From Macrostomum lignano (lineage: Eukaryota): a stretch of 64,000 nt of DNA. Positions 18,601-32,100 of this stretch are shown piece after piece; the first letter of the stretch is position 1, and each line of letters opens with the position of its first letter. A program made the translations under genes and the position numbers. Location: NCBI GenBank assembly GCA_002269645.1, contig NIVC01000138.1, positions 1 through 64,000 of the forward strand. The letters run 5' to 3'. The notes under the pieces were generated by a model that worked only from the letters and a program-made list of their open reading frames with translations, made no database searches and had not been told where the DNA came from.

Positions 18601-21597
18601 GTGGCATCCGGAGCTGAGCACAGATTGCGCAATCTTTCAAAGCCTTTACAGCTGGCAAATTTGTTAATGAGATGGCACAAATAGCCGTAGGGATCCCGGT
18701 GCAAGTTCAAGTTTGAGCTAGACGAGAACAGCCGCTCAGAATTGAGACTCTCTCTTAGTTTATCCTTCCAGAAGTTCTTATCGGTCTTCTTGGCTTTGTG
18801 CCGTTTGTGGTATTCAGTCTGGGGATTCAGCGCCAGGGCTAGCAGTTCCATCAGCTGGCAGCACATTGGCGTGTAGCCTAAGCGCTCGGCTATGAGCTCA
18901 ATTAGAAAGTTGAGCATATCGAATATGCCCTCCTGAATGTCGTGCATCCAAGTATTTACCTGAGAATGCAAGGATTAGAAGATAAATAAAATACTAGAAT
19001 AACTAAATACGTAACTCGAAAAAAACCTGCGCGCATCTACTTTTATTCAGTAGCAAAATTTGTCTTTTGCCTGAACAAAACAGTAAGCTACAATCGTCTC
19101 TGCCTATCTACCAACAGACTCAAATCCAGTGTGCCTGTGTAGCGAGCAAGATAGAAAAAGGGTGGCGCAACAGCCTCCAGCAAGGTCGATAAGCAGTTTG
19201 GCCTTCCGCTTGCCCGCTTGTGACATTGTGAGTGGGTCTATCTTGTGTATCATACGTGTCTAACACCCCGCCGACTCGGCTGGGTAGTCGCAATACCGCA
19301 GACCCAAAATGCAGAGGTAGTACTAATTAGATGCCGAGGCATTTAGTCTTATTAGTATAGTTATAGTTACTCCTCCTGTTTACCCAAAAGTTAATTTTTG
19401 CTTTAGGGGTTCTCTCGTAGGTAAAGGTGAAATTTCGAAGTTGAGCATGTATGTTGTGTATTATAATACCGGAGGCTTAACCTGCTTCTTCGCTGGCTGC
19501 GGATTCACTAGCGATTTGACTGAGATTTGAATATGTGCTTCAAGAGATATGGATAATTAAGTAGAGAAAGGTCGGTCCAAAGAGTACTGAGGTCGCCTAG
19601 TATAGAGTGCCAATAAGGATGAAAATCTGAAGCCGATTTTTAGAATCCACCCACCCCCTCCGGTCACCAAGCTTCTTAGTCTATGGCACAAGTTGTGGCT
19701 CGAATGGTGTACAAAGCCGATGCTCAGAAATATACATAGAGTGCATGAGAAAAATACAAGTAGCTAATGTAGCTGGACGAATACCGTGTATGCTTAAAAC
19801 GTCCTCAAGACTTTATTTCTGTATCTATACTGTAGCCGTACGTACATTTATTGCATTGTGTAAGGAGAAAAGAAGTTGAGCAGGATTCTTGCAGCAGAGT
19901 TGGAAAGACAAAAACATAAGTGATAAACAGGCAGAGTGAAGGTCCTTGAAAGGCAGACGAAAGAAGGATACAGATGCACCAGAAACGCAGTTATTGCAAT
20001 TAGCTACCGCGCACTTTAGTGGCATGGCTGTTGTTGTTCAGACGTAAGGGCTATATGGCATGGCTGTTACGGAGTTGTGTATCGACGGCGGCAACTGAGT
20101 CTGGTGACTGAGCGATGTTGTCTTGCTTATTTGATACATGCATTTTCTAAGTGTGAAATGTCTTATATTTCTGAGCATCGGCTTTGTACACCATTCGAGC
20201 CACAACTTGTGCCATAGACTAAAAAGCTTGGTGACCGGAGGGGGTGGGTGGATTCTAAAAATCGGCTTCAGATTTTCATCTTTATTGGCACTCTATACTA
20301 GGCGACCTCAATACTCTTTGGGTCGGTCATAGACTTACACAAGCTAAAATTTAAGCTAAAAATAGCATTCAGCTTGAATTTTTATCGATTTTTCTCGCAT
20401 GCATAAACTGTCTATGGCCAAATTCGATGCAGTAAATGAGAGGGGCTGCCTCAGAAAACTAAGACTGCAGTTGCTGTGCTGAGTCCATAACAGTCGCGAT
20501 CAATTGGAGAGCGAGGTTAGGAGGGTCCTGCTGCACCAGATTCCGAGAAATCTGTACGCAGACGCCATGGACAAGATGCAAGACCGATGGGAGAAGTGCG
20601 TCATGTCTGGTGTTGACTACGTTTAGAAGACAACTCTGCCAACCGATGAGTGATTTTAACGTTGTTCGCTTGTATAACAATTTTGCTTGTTATCACCTGT
20701 TATCACCTGTTTTTTTACTGTACTTTTGTTGTGTTGTTTGGATTTTCTTGGAGTGATTAATAAAAGTTTTCTGCAGACACAGCTTGTGTAAGTCTATGAC
20801 CGACCTTTCTCTTCTTAATTATCCATATCTCTTGAAGCACATATTCAAATCTCTTGCAATTGGTGTCATTTTAAAGCTTTCCCTACGTCCACACCGAGTA
20901 ATAGTAACACTACTTTCCGGATGCCCCTCGTATTTAGCATATGTTCATTTAGTATTTTGAGTCACTTGGTTTAAGTTTCACTTTAAAAATAGCATCTAGA
21001 TTATCGACTTTTCAAGGACCCCCTACCAGCAAGATACACTACGTATCAAAACGAATCTCAAATCTGAGTCTCCCTTACCTGAGAACTATTGAGCAGTTTT
21101 TGAAAACACTCTGGCAATGCGCGATTAATAAACCGAGTAGCATTCTCCTCGGCCTCAAGCAGCTGATCCCTAGCCAATCTGGTGCAGGCCTGCATGCACA
21201 CGCAAAGCGATTCGTGCTGCTTGAACGGTATGCTCCATTTCTCTGTGAAAGTTCGGCCCTCCAGCTCTAATAGGGCGGCCAATGGGAACCCGGCGGCTGC
21301 TGCGGCCGGCTCGTCAATGTGCATCTCTTCGCCGACGCATGGCGACGCGCCGGGGTCTCCGCCATCCACAGCCGTTGTCGACGTTACCATGGGAACGACG
21401 GCCATAGATGGCGAGGATAGATCGCATGGGAATCCAGTTGAATTTTTAACATTTTCAGCTGGCCGAGTGTCATTCACCAGCACTGAGATGGCCTCGGAGA
21501 CGTCATTTTTAGCGATGCGCAGAGCCTCGCGAATGTCGCCCTCATCGGGGAAGCCCATGGACAGCAGGGTGCTGACCAGACTCTCGTTAACCTCCAT
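12699..21597 (-). CDS. USP24: USP24-like (USP9X/24 family) deubiquitinase, 5' exons approx. 21597-21079, 18959-18369, 17729-16641, 15694-15129, ~14200-13943, 13597-~13300, ~13110-12699; remainder beyond the virus
   Basis: N-terminal UBA (LLSMGFPDEGDIREALRIAKNDVSEAISVL), GFPLAALLELEGRTFTEKWSIPFK..ESL, IQEGIFDML, RDPYGYLCHLINKF, RMNGLKEL, NGFSCFKYFFERIN; the junctions I traced are GT-AG and keep frame. Confidence 0.85.
13690..13860. repeat. Intronic 22-bp minisatellite (CATTATCAGGGATTCCCCTACA)
   Basis: Tandem copies visible. Confidence 0.9.
14230..15050. repeat. Intronic 23-bp minisatellite (GGGATTGACAGGTTTGGGATCAC)
   Basis: Tandem copies, including a duplicated block of about 300 bp. Confidence 0.9.
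15815..16610. repeat. Intronic 23-bp minisatellite (TTAATTTAAGGATCGTTAATCCG), decaying to the right
   Basis: Tandem copies visible. Confidence 0.9.
17890..18335. repeat. Intronic 41/42-bp minisatellite
   Basis: GATTTTGATATGGCAAGGCTTTAAACTACCACTGAGGGGTGA repeated. Confidence 0.9.
19520..20860. mobile_element. Foldback DNA-transposon remnant enclosing a degenerate THAP-domain ORF (19825-20025, minus)
   Basis: 19575-19735 is inverted at about 20165-20322, and 19520-19575 at about 20800-20860. MPLKCAVANCNN...VSFFRLP resembles a THAP zinc-finger N-terminus. Confidence 0.6.
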
Positions 21598-22830
21598 TTT
21601 GCTGCTGCACACAGGAGCCAGATAAACAATTTCTTCTTGTCTAATGCTGTGTTATTTGTTTGTCTGTCTGTCTAGATGTTTATTTCTGCTCTACATCTGC
21701 GCCACAGCAAGTGCGCAGTCTGAATTCAATAGATACAATTTTATAGATATTGACAAACAATGCTAAAAAAATACATACTACTAAATATAGTTGATAAGTA
21801 GTATCCAGCAAACAAAATATACTAAATTTTATTTTTTCCTAAAGAACCAATTCAAATATGCAAGTAAAGATGACCAAAAAACTAGATGTCCCATTAGGAA
21901 ATAATTGTCCCTTAACTGTGTCAAATGGCACATAAAACCAGATAAAAAGAAATTAGTCAGTTAGTTACAAAAATGGGCACAACTGAGAGTTATGGTTTGG
22001 CATTTGTTTATTGTTTGTTTTGTTTGGTGCAGTAATATGTTGATTAGCATATTTATGTCATAAATATGCCAAATAGCATAGTTATTACAATGTAGTTGGT
22101 TGAATTATATACTTTTTTAAACCAATTATTTTCCATTAGGACATAGAAAAATTTCTTAAGCAACAAAAAAAATATTACTCATGATATGATAATTCTTTAT
22201 TATTTGAGTATTTTATACTATAAAAGATTGGTATTTCAAAAAAAATTCAAATAATATTAATAGTATTTGACTTGGTCTAAGATTATTGAACAAAAATACA
22301 AACTATAAAAAGCAAAATTTCAAACATGCTATATTTATTTGATGATTTTTAAAGTAAAAATGGATATAAAAATAGCCTTGTTTTAAAATTAATTGATTAA
22401 TAAAGAATAATTGATACTTATATATAATCATTGCTAATAGAAATCATTGCCAATAACTAATAGCAAACAAAACAAAGCAAAAAATTTAAATGACTTAATT
22501 GACTTTTTGACTTAAAAACTTTTTAGACAAACAATTAAAAAGATATTTAGCATTGCCATATAGACAATTATATTAATTATAATAGGAAATTTGGTCTAAT
22601 ATACATTTTTGTTATATAAATTTAATGCCAGCTTCTTTTTAACTTTTTATAGATAATTGATAGATAGGCCCATACATGCACAACCTTCAAAATTCAGTCA
22701 GCTATGCAACTTGTTTTAACAAAAAATGTGATGTAGTTTTTGGCCAAAAATGTGACTTACATATAAAAGAAACCCTAAAGCAAAATTAATGCAACTTTGG
22801 GTAAACAGCAGGACTGACTACAACGGGTTT

Positions 22831-23548
22831 TTCAAAAGTAATGAGAATTTTGTTATAACTTTTGATTGGATGAACGCATGAACCTGAAATTTTTGCCCAA
22901 TCATTTTATACAAGCAACAAGTGACAAGTGGATGAGTAAGAATGACAAGTTTGTGCTGCTTTCACTGACTGTCTATTAGCTGACTGCAGACTTCAGGCAG
23001 AAGATGGTAACAATCTGTGCAGCACCAATCACTGGAGCTGCAACTGTGGCCAATGTTTCTAACACTGATGGAGGTCTTGCAAGAGTGGGGACTGATGCCC
23101 AAGCTAAGTGGCTGCACTATTGATGATGGTTCCATAATGGTTGTGGCCTTCAGAGGACTTGATCTGCAATGAGTCTCGTGTGTCATCCATTGGTTGCAAA
23201 ATTGCATTTGCAATCATTTGCCTGATGGTGCAAAGGATAGTGCCTAGCGGTTTGTCTCTTGGCTGGTGATTCTCTGCAAGAAGATTGTCAGCCACTTTTG
23301 CCACTCCAAAGATTCTAATAAAAATCAATTTAAATATAAGCAAATTTGTCAAATGCTTGTTTTAACATCTGCTATTGTGATATTTGATATTTGGTATTCA
23401 TTATTTGGCTAGTTTGTATCCAAATATTCAGTATTCGGATTTGGTAAAATCTGATAATTGTTCCATCTTTAAAAATTGTTGGGTGAAAATTTCAGGTTCA
23501 TGTGTTTATCCAATCAAAAGTTGTAACAAAATTCTCATTACTTTTGAA
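22831..23548. mobile_element. Non-autonomous element with ~70-bp inverted repeats
   Basis: 22831-22900 vs reverse complement at 23479-23548. Confidence 0.6.
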
Positions 23549-24363
23549 ATACTCATCATATGATTGTCTTATTAAGGCAAAATGCCTTATTATCTAGGGG
23601 CCTACTTAGTACTTGGATATTTATTGGGGTGGGCATTTTTGTGACTTACCTTGGTTGGCCACCAAATTGGTCAGCCAGATTGGCCAACTGATGCACATGT
23701 ATGGATAGGCCTATCATTTTATATCAAATGGGCACTTTTGTAGATAGCAGTCTAATATAATTAAAAAGTTAATTAGAATATTAAGGCATAAACTCAAGAT
23801 TTATAATAAAAAAGCAAAAAATGTTAGCTATATAATGTTAGCCTAACAAAAAAAATTATATGTAAATGTATATCTAAAAATTTCTACCAAAATATACATT
23901 AATATTTTTAACTGCTTACTATCTACATTTATTAATTATCTTACCTAAATTTGTTATTAAAACAATAGATAAAAAGAGAAAAAATTGAAAAAGATACTGC
24001 TTACTTCTAAAAAGGCTGCTTTTTATGCTTAATTTTTTATTGCTAGCTATTGTTACTATTAAATAGCCTACAATAATAGACAAACTGTCTATGGCAATCT
24101 TTGAGCAAATGATATACCTCTCTTCATTCACAGCGCCTCCCTTCATTCACAGCACCTCTCTTCATTCATAGAATGATTGAGTGAAGTGACAATTTCTTTA
24201 AAAATTGGGCAATGTCCTACTTTCCCACATTAAATTATTTTGACCCAATTTTTGTTATTTTCAGTGTAAATCATGGCTAGACAACCTTGAGTGCCTATAA
24301 ATATCCTACCTCCTGCCAATTTGCGGCTATTGGCTGACCTCTATGACCTTGGAATCAGTCATT

Positions 24364-24474
24364 GAGAATACTATTGAAGGCACCTGGGCCCACATGAAGG
24401 CAAAGTTTTGTAGTCAGCATGGCACCAATGATGACCTTTTTGACTCCCATCTTAGAAAGTTTCTCTGGCACTGA
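24364..24474 (+). pseudogene. Merlin/IS1016(ISXO2)-like transposase C-terminal fragment
   Basis: ENTIEGTWAHMKAKF...HGT..DLFDSHLRKFLWH resembles the NTIEG.W..LK....GT....SYL.EF.WR tail of this family. Confidence 0.65.
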
Positions 24475-25094
24475 CTCTAGGGGCCTACCCAAAAAGAGCT
24501 TCGGCAACTTTCTGTACTGGCTGACACATTACTACACCATATACTACTCTTTTTAATACCTAAGACTCATTTTAAATCTTGAATAAACTTGCTTTTGTTT
24601 GTTCATTTCAAATTTTATATCAAAATAATAATTTAACATGGGAAACTAGGACATTGCCAAAAATTGTTTTAAATAAATAAAGCTTGGAAGTTGTTGGAGT
24701 GATATTTAACAATTTATTTCTAGCGATAAAAGCGTATTTAAATACAAAAACTCTTTAAAATGATTGTGTTCCAAAATTATAGCACTTCTTTGTCAATATA
24801 GCTTTCAAGCAATCATGCCATCATGGAACCATAAATCTTTTTTTATAAATGAGCACCTCATGCTCATATACTAGGCCTATTTCAGTTTCAGAAGACAATC
24901 ATTTAAACAAAAATTGCCCCAAAAATTAAACACATTCTGAAACTAGGCCTATATATAGCACTATAGGCCTATTTCTCTGTCTCAAGAGGCCCCCACTTGC
25001 ACAGATCTAGGTAAACTTGTCAACTTTTTATTTGTCAACTGTGTTGTATAGCGTATAACTGATAGGCCTATGGAGTATAACAAAGTGTATATAT

Positions 25095-26326
25095 CTTTTT
25101 CCATTCTATTTTGGCAAACATGCAATCAAAGTCAAAATCTTTTCATTCAATTCAGACAGCTTATGGTAGTTCTTAGCTAGATGTGCATTCAATTCCGACA
25201 AATGTGCTTTCAAAAGCAACAATTTTCAAACAAAGCAAACAAGCTACCACAAGAAACCGACACTTTGTAATCAATTCAAACAATTTACAATCAATTCCAA
25301 CAGTTGGCTATGAATTGGCTTTTTCTGTCTTCCTATCTATGGCTCATACTGCAAAATTTCCAATCAATTCCAACAAATTTCAATCTATTTAGACAAGCCA
25401 TTGGAGTACATACTACATTGCTACTTTGGGTTTTTCAGGAAAGCAAGCATGAAGGCCAGTCTTCAGTTCAGCTAGAGTAACATAAGGGTTAACTTGAATC
25501 AACTCTTCAAGAAAATCCAACATCTCTTGATCCACTCCCTCATGCTAACATGCTTAGGACCTTCTTTTGGCATTTTAGCTGGCTTTCCACTTTTCACAAT
25601 TGTATACATAGTTGTTTGCTTGATGCCCATTGCCCAAGCAAGATGCACAAAATCGTCTCTATTTGCGTGTGCATCAATGAGCCTCTGCCAATCGTTGTTA
25701 CTCACTTTTGCATTTGGCATTATGAGCATATTCTTGAGGTCTTCTATATAATACAATTTGATTCAAAAAGCTATAGTAGCTCCTATATGTATGCTTCATT
25801 CTGTCAAATGAAATGGTACCTATACTTAAATTTCAAATTTTTCTCTTCATGATATGTCTATGGCATTGAGTCATGGCCCCATCTAACCTTAATAGTTGGA
25901 AAAAACTTTTGTTTCTGTTCATTGCAAAAGTACAGAAGTATATATGCAAGGCTAAATCTATCTATGGGTGTTCTGAATCTCCAAGTTTCTTTCCATGATG
26001 TGTCTATGGCATCTAGCCCTGGTCCCAACCAAAGTAAAAAGTAGCTTGTTTAAATAGATTGAAATTTGTTGGAATTGATTGGAAATTTCGCAGTATGAGC
26101 CATAGACAGGAGGACAGAAAAAGCCAATTCATAGCCAACTGTTGGAATTGATTGCAAAGTGTCAGTTTCTTGTGGTAGCTTGTTTGCTTTGTTTGAAAAT
26201 TATTGCTTTTGAAAGCACATTTGTCAGAATTAAATGCACGTCCAGCCAAGAACTACCATAAACTATCTGAATTGAATGAAAAGATTTTGACTTTGATTGC
26301 ACATTTGCCAAAATAGAATGGAAAAA
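25095..26326. mobile_element. Tc1/IS630-like deletion derivative with ~300-bp inverted repeats
   Basis: 25095-25398 inverted at 26042-26326; internal minus-strand MPNAKVSNNDWQRLIDAH...AMGIKQTTMYTIVKSG resembles a transposase HTH N-terminus. Confidence 0.65.
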
Positions 26327-28310
26327 GGTGACAATAAAGGCAGCCATTGTAAATCCCACTTGCACAGCACAGAGTCCTCCGCTTCCACTGACTCTTTACA
26401 TAGTGCAAAGATAATTGTTTAAAGAGAGAATTGAGAGGGGTTACAAAGCGAAATGTGTACCACGCTATCTCCCTCTCAATTTTAGAAGACAATATTTTAA
26501 TGCTACTTTTAGATAAAAATGATCGATAACCGAAATTGTGCTTACATCTGCGGAATACTAATTGTTTGCTAGAAGAGTAGAAAAACGATAAAAAGTTACT
26601 TTTTCTTCTATAGTTTTAGAATATGATCATTCCGACTGTCGACTGTCTGTAGCTGTAGTGTAGTACGTGTAGGGGGCCTAGTAGATTCACTGCTTGTAGA
26701 ATATATTATAATATAGAGTTTGTCATTATACGAATGAGATCTTCATTTGTACAATTTATTGACATGTTAACTTGACAATTTACATTAACTTTGTCACCTG
26801 GTTTGGCACACTTATTTACCCAAACAAACAACTATTCCACGAAGAAGTTCCTAGAATAGAAGTAGTACCGTTTAAGACAGTAGTAACAGTTAAAAAGTGA
26901 TGAAAATGCTTTTAAAAACTGCTTGTAATTTGAAAACATTTTTATTCGAATACAACAAATGCTTTCAGGTAAAACAAATATTTAGCTATTTAATTATTTG
27001 TAAACAAACACTTAACAACAAGTTTTTTATTTAGGTATTTTCATCATTAGATATATAAAATTAAAAAAACCATTGTTTTCACCTCTACGTAAAATTACAC
27101 CCACGTTTTAGAAAGACGTCATAAATTCTTTTTTTGAGGCTCCTATAAGACAGAAAATTTGAACGCGCTATTGAATTGAATAGCTACACGAATGATTTAA
27201 TCAGCCTTTATACTTGGCATTCTTTACAACTTTGCTGGAGGACGTTGTGTTTTGTGTCGTATTTTGTGTCAGAGCATGCAGGTACACAATAAGGTAAAAA
27301 TGAATATTAAAGCAGTCCGCTGCTTTGTGAGTAGTTTAGTTCTCGTTCTGTCAAAGTTTGTGGTTTAGGCCATAGACATAAAAGTGCAGGCTTCACAAAG
27401 GGTTGCTTAAATATTCATTTTCCGAACACAGTTTTTACATGTATTATTATAGCCTCACCTATTTTGATCAAACAGCAGTTTGATCTATCTAATCTAACCA
27501 AACAGAAGGAACTTCGTTTTCATCAAATGAAAAGTGCCTATGTGTTGAAATGCCCAGCCGCGGGGCTTGGCTCCCGCAGCCCCACTTTCCCCTACTCTTT
27601 CATTCTAATTATCCCGCAGCCTATAGCTTGCTGAGGAAAAAATATGGCGCGATAACAGTTAATACCCATACAGTAATATACCATTCAAACACGAAAAACA
27701 GTTCCCTTTCATTTCGAATATGTTGAAACATGCATGGGTTAAAAATTAAGAATTAGGACTTCTAGACTAGAAAATCTAGAGAAGCTGAACTTCTAAAACT
27801 ATACTGACTATTCCCTGGCGCCAAAACGAGAAAGTGAGAGCCAGCTAGGGCGCCAACGGAGGCACACAAAAATGAATGAATTGCTTTAGTAACTTTAGTC
27901 TCCAACAGAGCAGCAAATTATGCTACTCAAAAGTAATAAAATGATTCTTGAATTGTATAATATACAGCTGTAATATATATATATCTACCTAATCATTGTA
28001 CCGTGCAATCTCAATTTCAAATAAACGTTTTATCACGCTCTCATTTCTATCGTTGAGAAAACTCTTTAAAATCTCAGCATTTCGAGTCAAGTATCTTAAT
28101 AAATCCAGCGCCGCAAATTCAATGCTCTGGTTGAAGCTGCAGGTGCAGAGGATGCGGTTCGATTTTGTTTGCATTTAATCGTAAAACAAACAATACCAGC
28201 TACAAACGTATTCGCGTGTATAAGGTATGAGATAAAAAGCTATGGGAATGCATTGAAATAATTTCTTAAAAAGAGTTATAACACAGCAGTTTCTTCACAT
28301 ACCGTAGATG

Positions 28311-28525
28311 GGCATCACAAACCCGACAAATCACAACTCCGAAAAGCGCTTTCCATCATAAACCCGATATATCACAAACCCGAAAAATCACTAACCCGAA
28401 ATATCATAACTCCGAAAGTTCTAGCAATGTCCAACACTATTTTGGTTTTCGGAGTTATGATCTTTCGGGTTTATGATGGGAAGTGCTTTCGGAGTTGTGA
28501 TTTTTCGAGTTTATGATGGCGACCC
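28311..28525. mobile_element. Mutator-like (MULE) MITE
   Basis: Fold-back with subterminal ATCATAAACCCGA-type repeats, flanked by 9-bp direct repeat CCGTAGATG (28302-28310, 28526-28534). Confidence 0.75.
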
Positions 28526-29199
28526 CCGTAGATGAAAGTGCAAGCAAGCTAGAAAAAAGGCGCATATGAGCATAGCAGGATCAAATCACAACATTTAAGG
28601 AGAATTCAGCGATCAATCATATACTGGTTGCCATGGTAATGTCAAACAGCACCAAACTCGAAGCATATGCTGAACGTCAAAAAGTTTGTTAAAAAAATTT
28701 CTATCATGTGCAATACTGTAAAGGTACTGTAGGAAAACTGAGTAATTAAAAAAGCAAAATCCTCTCCGATTAGCAATGAGCTCAAGCAAAGCCATGTTAG
28801 TTAGCATTAAATATGAAATATTGCAAACATTATGACAATGGAAACGGTGCCGAAATAAATATATTCGTGTTTTATGAAGGTTGGGTGGCAACTAAGGAAA
28901 CAAAAAAAACGAGCAAAAGTAATTTTATTTTCAAAGTCACAGAAAACTTCCCATCTCTTTAATGCGTTCATTCTCGGACAGAACTTGGCACAGTTAAATA
29001 CTGAATAAATTTAATAATATGCTGCTAGGAAAATCAGATTTAAAAAAGCTGGTAGCAGTTAAGGGGTGTCAAATTGAGCACCGGAATTCAACCCGAAGTA
29101 AGCCCCACACCCAGCAGACCGTGATCGGCTACTTTTTGAACTTTTAGTTGACTTGAGGTGTCTTTTAGTCTCCAGGTGTCATATAGCCCAAGTCCCTTT

Positions 29200-32100
29200 A
29201 TTAGACTGCCATTCATCCCTTAGACTGCCATTCATCCCTTAGACTGCCATCCATCCCTTAGACTGCCATTCATCCCTTAGACTGCCATCCATCCCTTAGA
29301 CTGCCATCCATCCCTTAGACTGCCATCCATCCCTTAGACTGCCATCCATCCCTTAGACTGCCATTCATCCCTTAGACTGCCATTCATCCCTTAGACTGCC
29401 ATCCATCCCTTAGACTGCCATTCATCCCTTAGACTGCCATCCATCCCTTAGACTGTCATCCATCCCTTAGACTGCCATCCATCCCTTAGACTGCCATTCA
29501 TCCCTTAGACTGCCATCCATCCCTTAGACTGTCATCCATCCCTTAGACTGCCATTCATCCCTTAGACTGCCATTCATCCATCCCTTAGACTGCCATCCAT
29601 CCCTTAGACTGCCATTCATCCCTTAGACTGCCATTCATCCATCCCTTAGACTGCCATCCATCCCTTAGACTGCCATTCATCCCTTAGACTGCCATTCATC
29701 CATCCCTTAGACTGCCATCCATCCCTTAGACTGCCATTCATCCCTTAGACTGCCATCCATCCCTTAGACTGCCATCCATCCCTTAGACTGTCATCCATCC
29801 ATCCCTTAGACTGCCATCCATCCCTTAGACTGCCATTCATCCCTTAGACTGCCATCCATCCCTTAGACTGTCATCCATCCCTTAGACTGCCATTCATCCC
29901 TTAGACTGCCATTCATCCATCCCCTAGACTGCCATCCATCCCTTAGACTGCCATTCATCCCTTAGACTGCCATTCATCCATCCCTTAGACTGCCATCCAT
30001 CCCTTAGACTGCCATTCATCCCTTAGACTGCCATCCATCCCTTAGACTGCCATCCATCCCTTAGACTGTCATCCATCCATCCCTTAGACTGCCATCCATC
30101 CCTTAGACTGTCATTCATCCATCCCTTAGACTGCCATCCATCCCTTAGACTGTCATTCATCCATCCCTTAGACTGCCATCCATCCCTTAGACTGCCATTC
30201 ATCCATCCCTTAGACTGCCATTCATCCCTTAGACTGCCATTCATCCCTTAGACTGCCATCCATCCCTTAGACTGCCATTCATCTCTTAGACTGCCATTCA
30301 TCCATCCCTTAGACTGCCATCCATCCCTTAGACTGCCATTCATCCCTTAGACTGCCATCCATCCCTTAGACTGCCATCCATCCCTTAGACTGTCATCCAT
30401 CCATCCCTTAGACTGCCATCCATCCCTTAGACTGCCATCCATCCCTTAGACTGCCATTCATCCATCCCTTAGACTGCCATTCATCCCTTAGACTGCCATT
30501 CATCCCTTAGACTGCCATCCATCCCTTAGACTGCCATTCATCTCTTAGACTGCCATTCATCCCTTAGACTGCCATTCATCCCTTAGACTGCCATCCATCC
30601 CTTAGACTGCCATTCATCCCTTAGACTGCCATCCATCCCTTAGACTGCCATTCATCCATCCCTTAGACTGCCATCCATCCCTTAGACTGCCATTCATCCC
30701 TTAGACTGCCATCCATCCCTTAGACTGCCATCCATCCCTTAGACTGCCATTCATCCATCCCTTAGACTGCCATCCATCCCTTAGACTGCCATTCATCCAT
30801 CCCTTAGACTGCCATCCATCCCTTAGACTGCCATTCATCCATCCCTTAGACTGCCATCCATCCCTTAGACTGCCATTCATCCATCCCTTAGACTGCCATC
30901 CATCCCTTAGACTGCCATTCATCCCTTAGACTGCCATTCATCCCTTAGACTGCCATTCATCCATCCCTTAGACTGCCATCCATCCCTTAGACTGCCATTC
31001 ATCCATCCCTTAGACTGCCATTCATCCCTTAGACTGCCATTCATCCATCCCTTAGACTGCCATTCATCCCTTAGACTGCCATTCATCCATCCCTTAGACT
31101 GCCATCCATCCCTTAGACTGCCATTCATCCCTTAGACTGCCATTCATCCATCCCTTAGACTGCCATCCATCCCTTAGACTGCCATTCATCCATCCCTTAG
31201 ACTGCCATTCATCCCTTAGACTGCCATTCATCCATCCCTTAGACTGCCATTCATCCCTTAGACTGCCATTCATCCATCCCTTAGACTGCCATTCATCCCT
31301 TAGACTGCCATTCATCCATCCCTTAGACTGCCATTCATCCCTTAGACTGCCATTCATCCATCCCTTAGACTGCCATTCATCCCTTAGACTGCCATTCATC
31401 CATCCCTTAGACTGCCATTCATCCATCCCTTAGACTGCCATTCATCCCTTAGACTGCCATTCATCCATCCCTTAGACTGCCATTCATCCCTTAGACTGCC
31501 ATTCATCCATCCCTTAGACTGCCATTCATCCCTTAGACTGCCATTCATCCATCCCTTAGACTGCCATTCATCCCTTAGACTGCCATTCATCCATCCCTTA
31601 GACTGCCATTCATCCCTTAGACTGCCATTCATCCATCCCTTAGACTGCCATTCATCCCTTAGACTGCCATTCATCCATCCCTTAGACTGCCATTCATCCC
31701 TTAGACTGCCATTCATCCATCCCTTAGACTGCCATTCATCCCTTAGACTGCCATTCATCCCTTAGACTGCCATTCACCCAACCGTTAGACTGCCATTAAT
31801 CCAACCATTAGACTGCCATTCATCCATCCCTTAGACTGCCATTAATCCAACCATTAGACTGCCATTCATCCCTTAGACTGCCATTAATCCAACCATTAGA
31901 CTGCCATTCATCCCTTAGACTGCCATTCACCCAGCCGTTAGACTGCCATTCACCCAACCGTTAGACTGCCATTCATCCCTTAGACTGCCATTCATCCCTT
32001 AGACTGCCATTCACCCAACCGTTAGACTGCCATTAATCCAACCATTAGACTGCCATTCATCCATCCCTTAGACTGCCATTCACCCAACCGTTAGACTGCC

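Noticed and set aside
26500-28200. Short ORFs (e.g. 27989-28174) as a separate gene
   Set aside because: No motifs or splice structure I could support.
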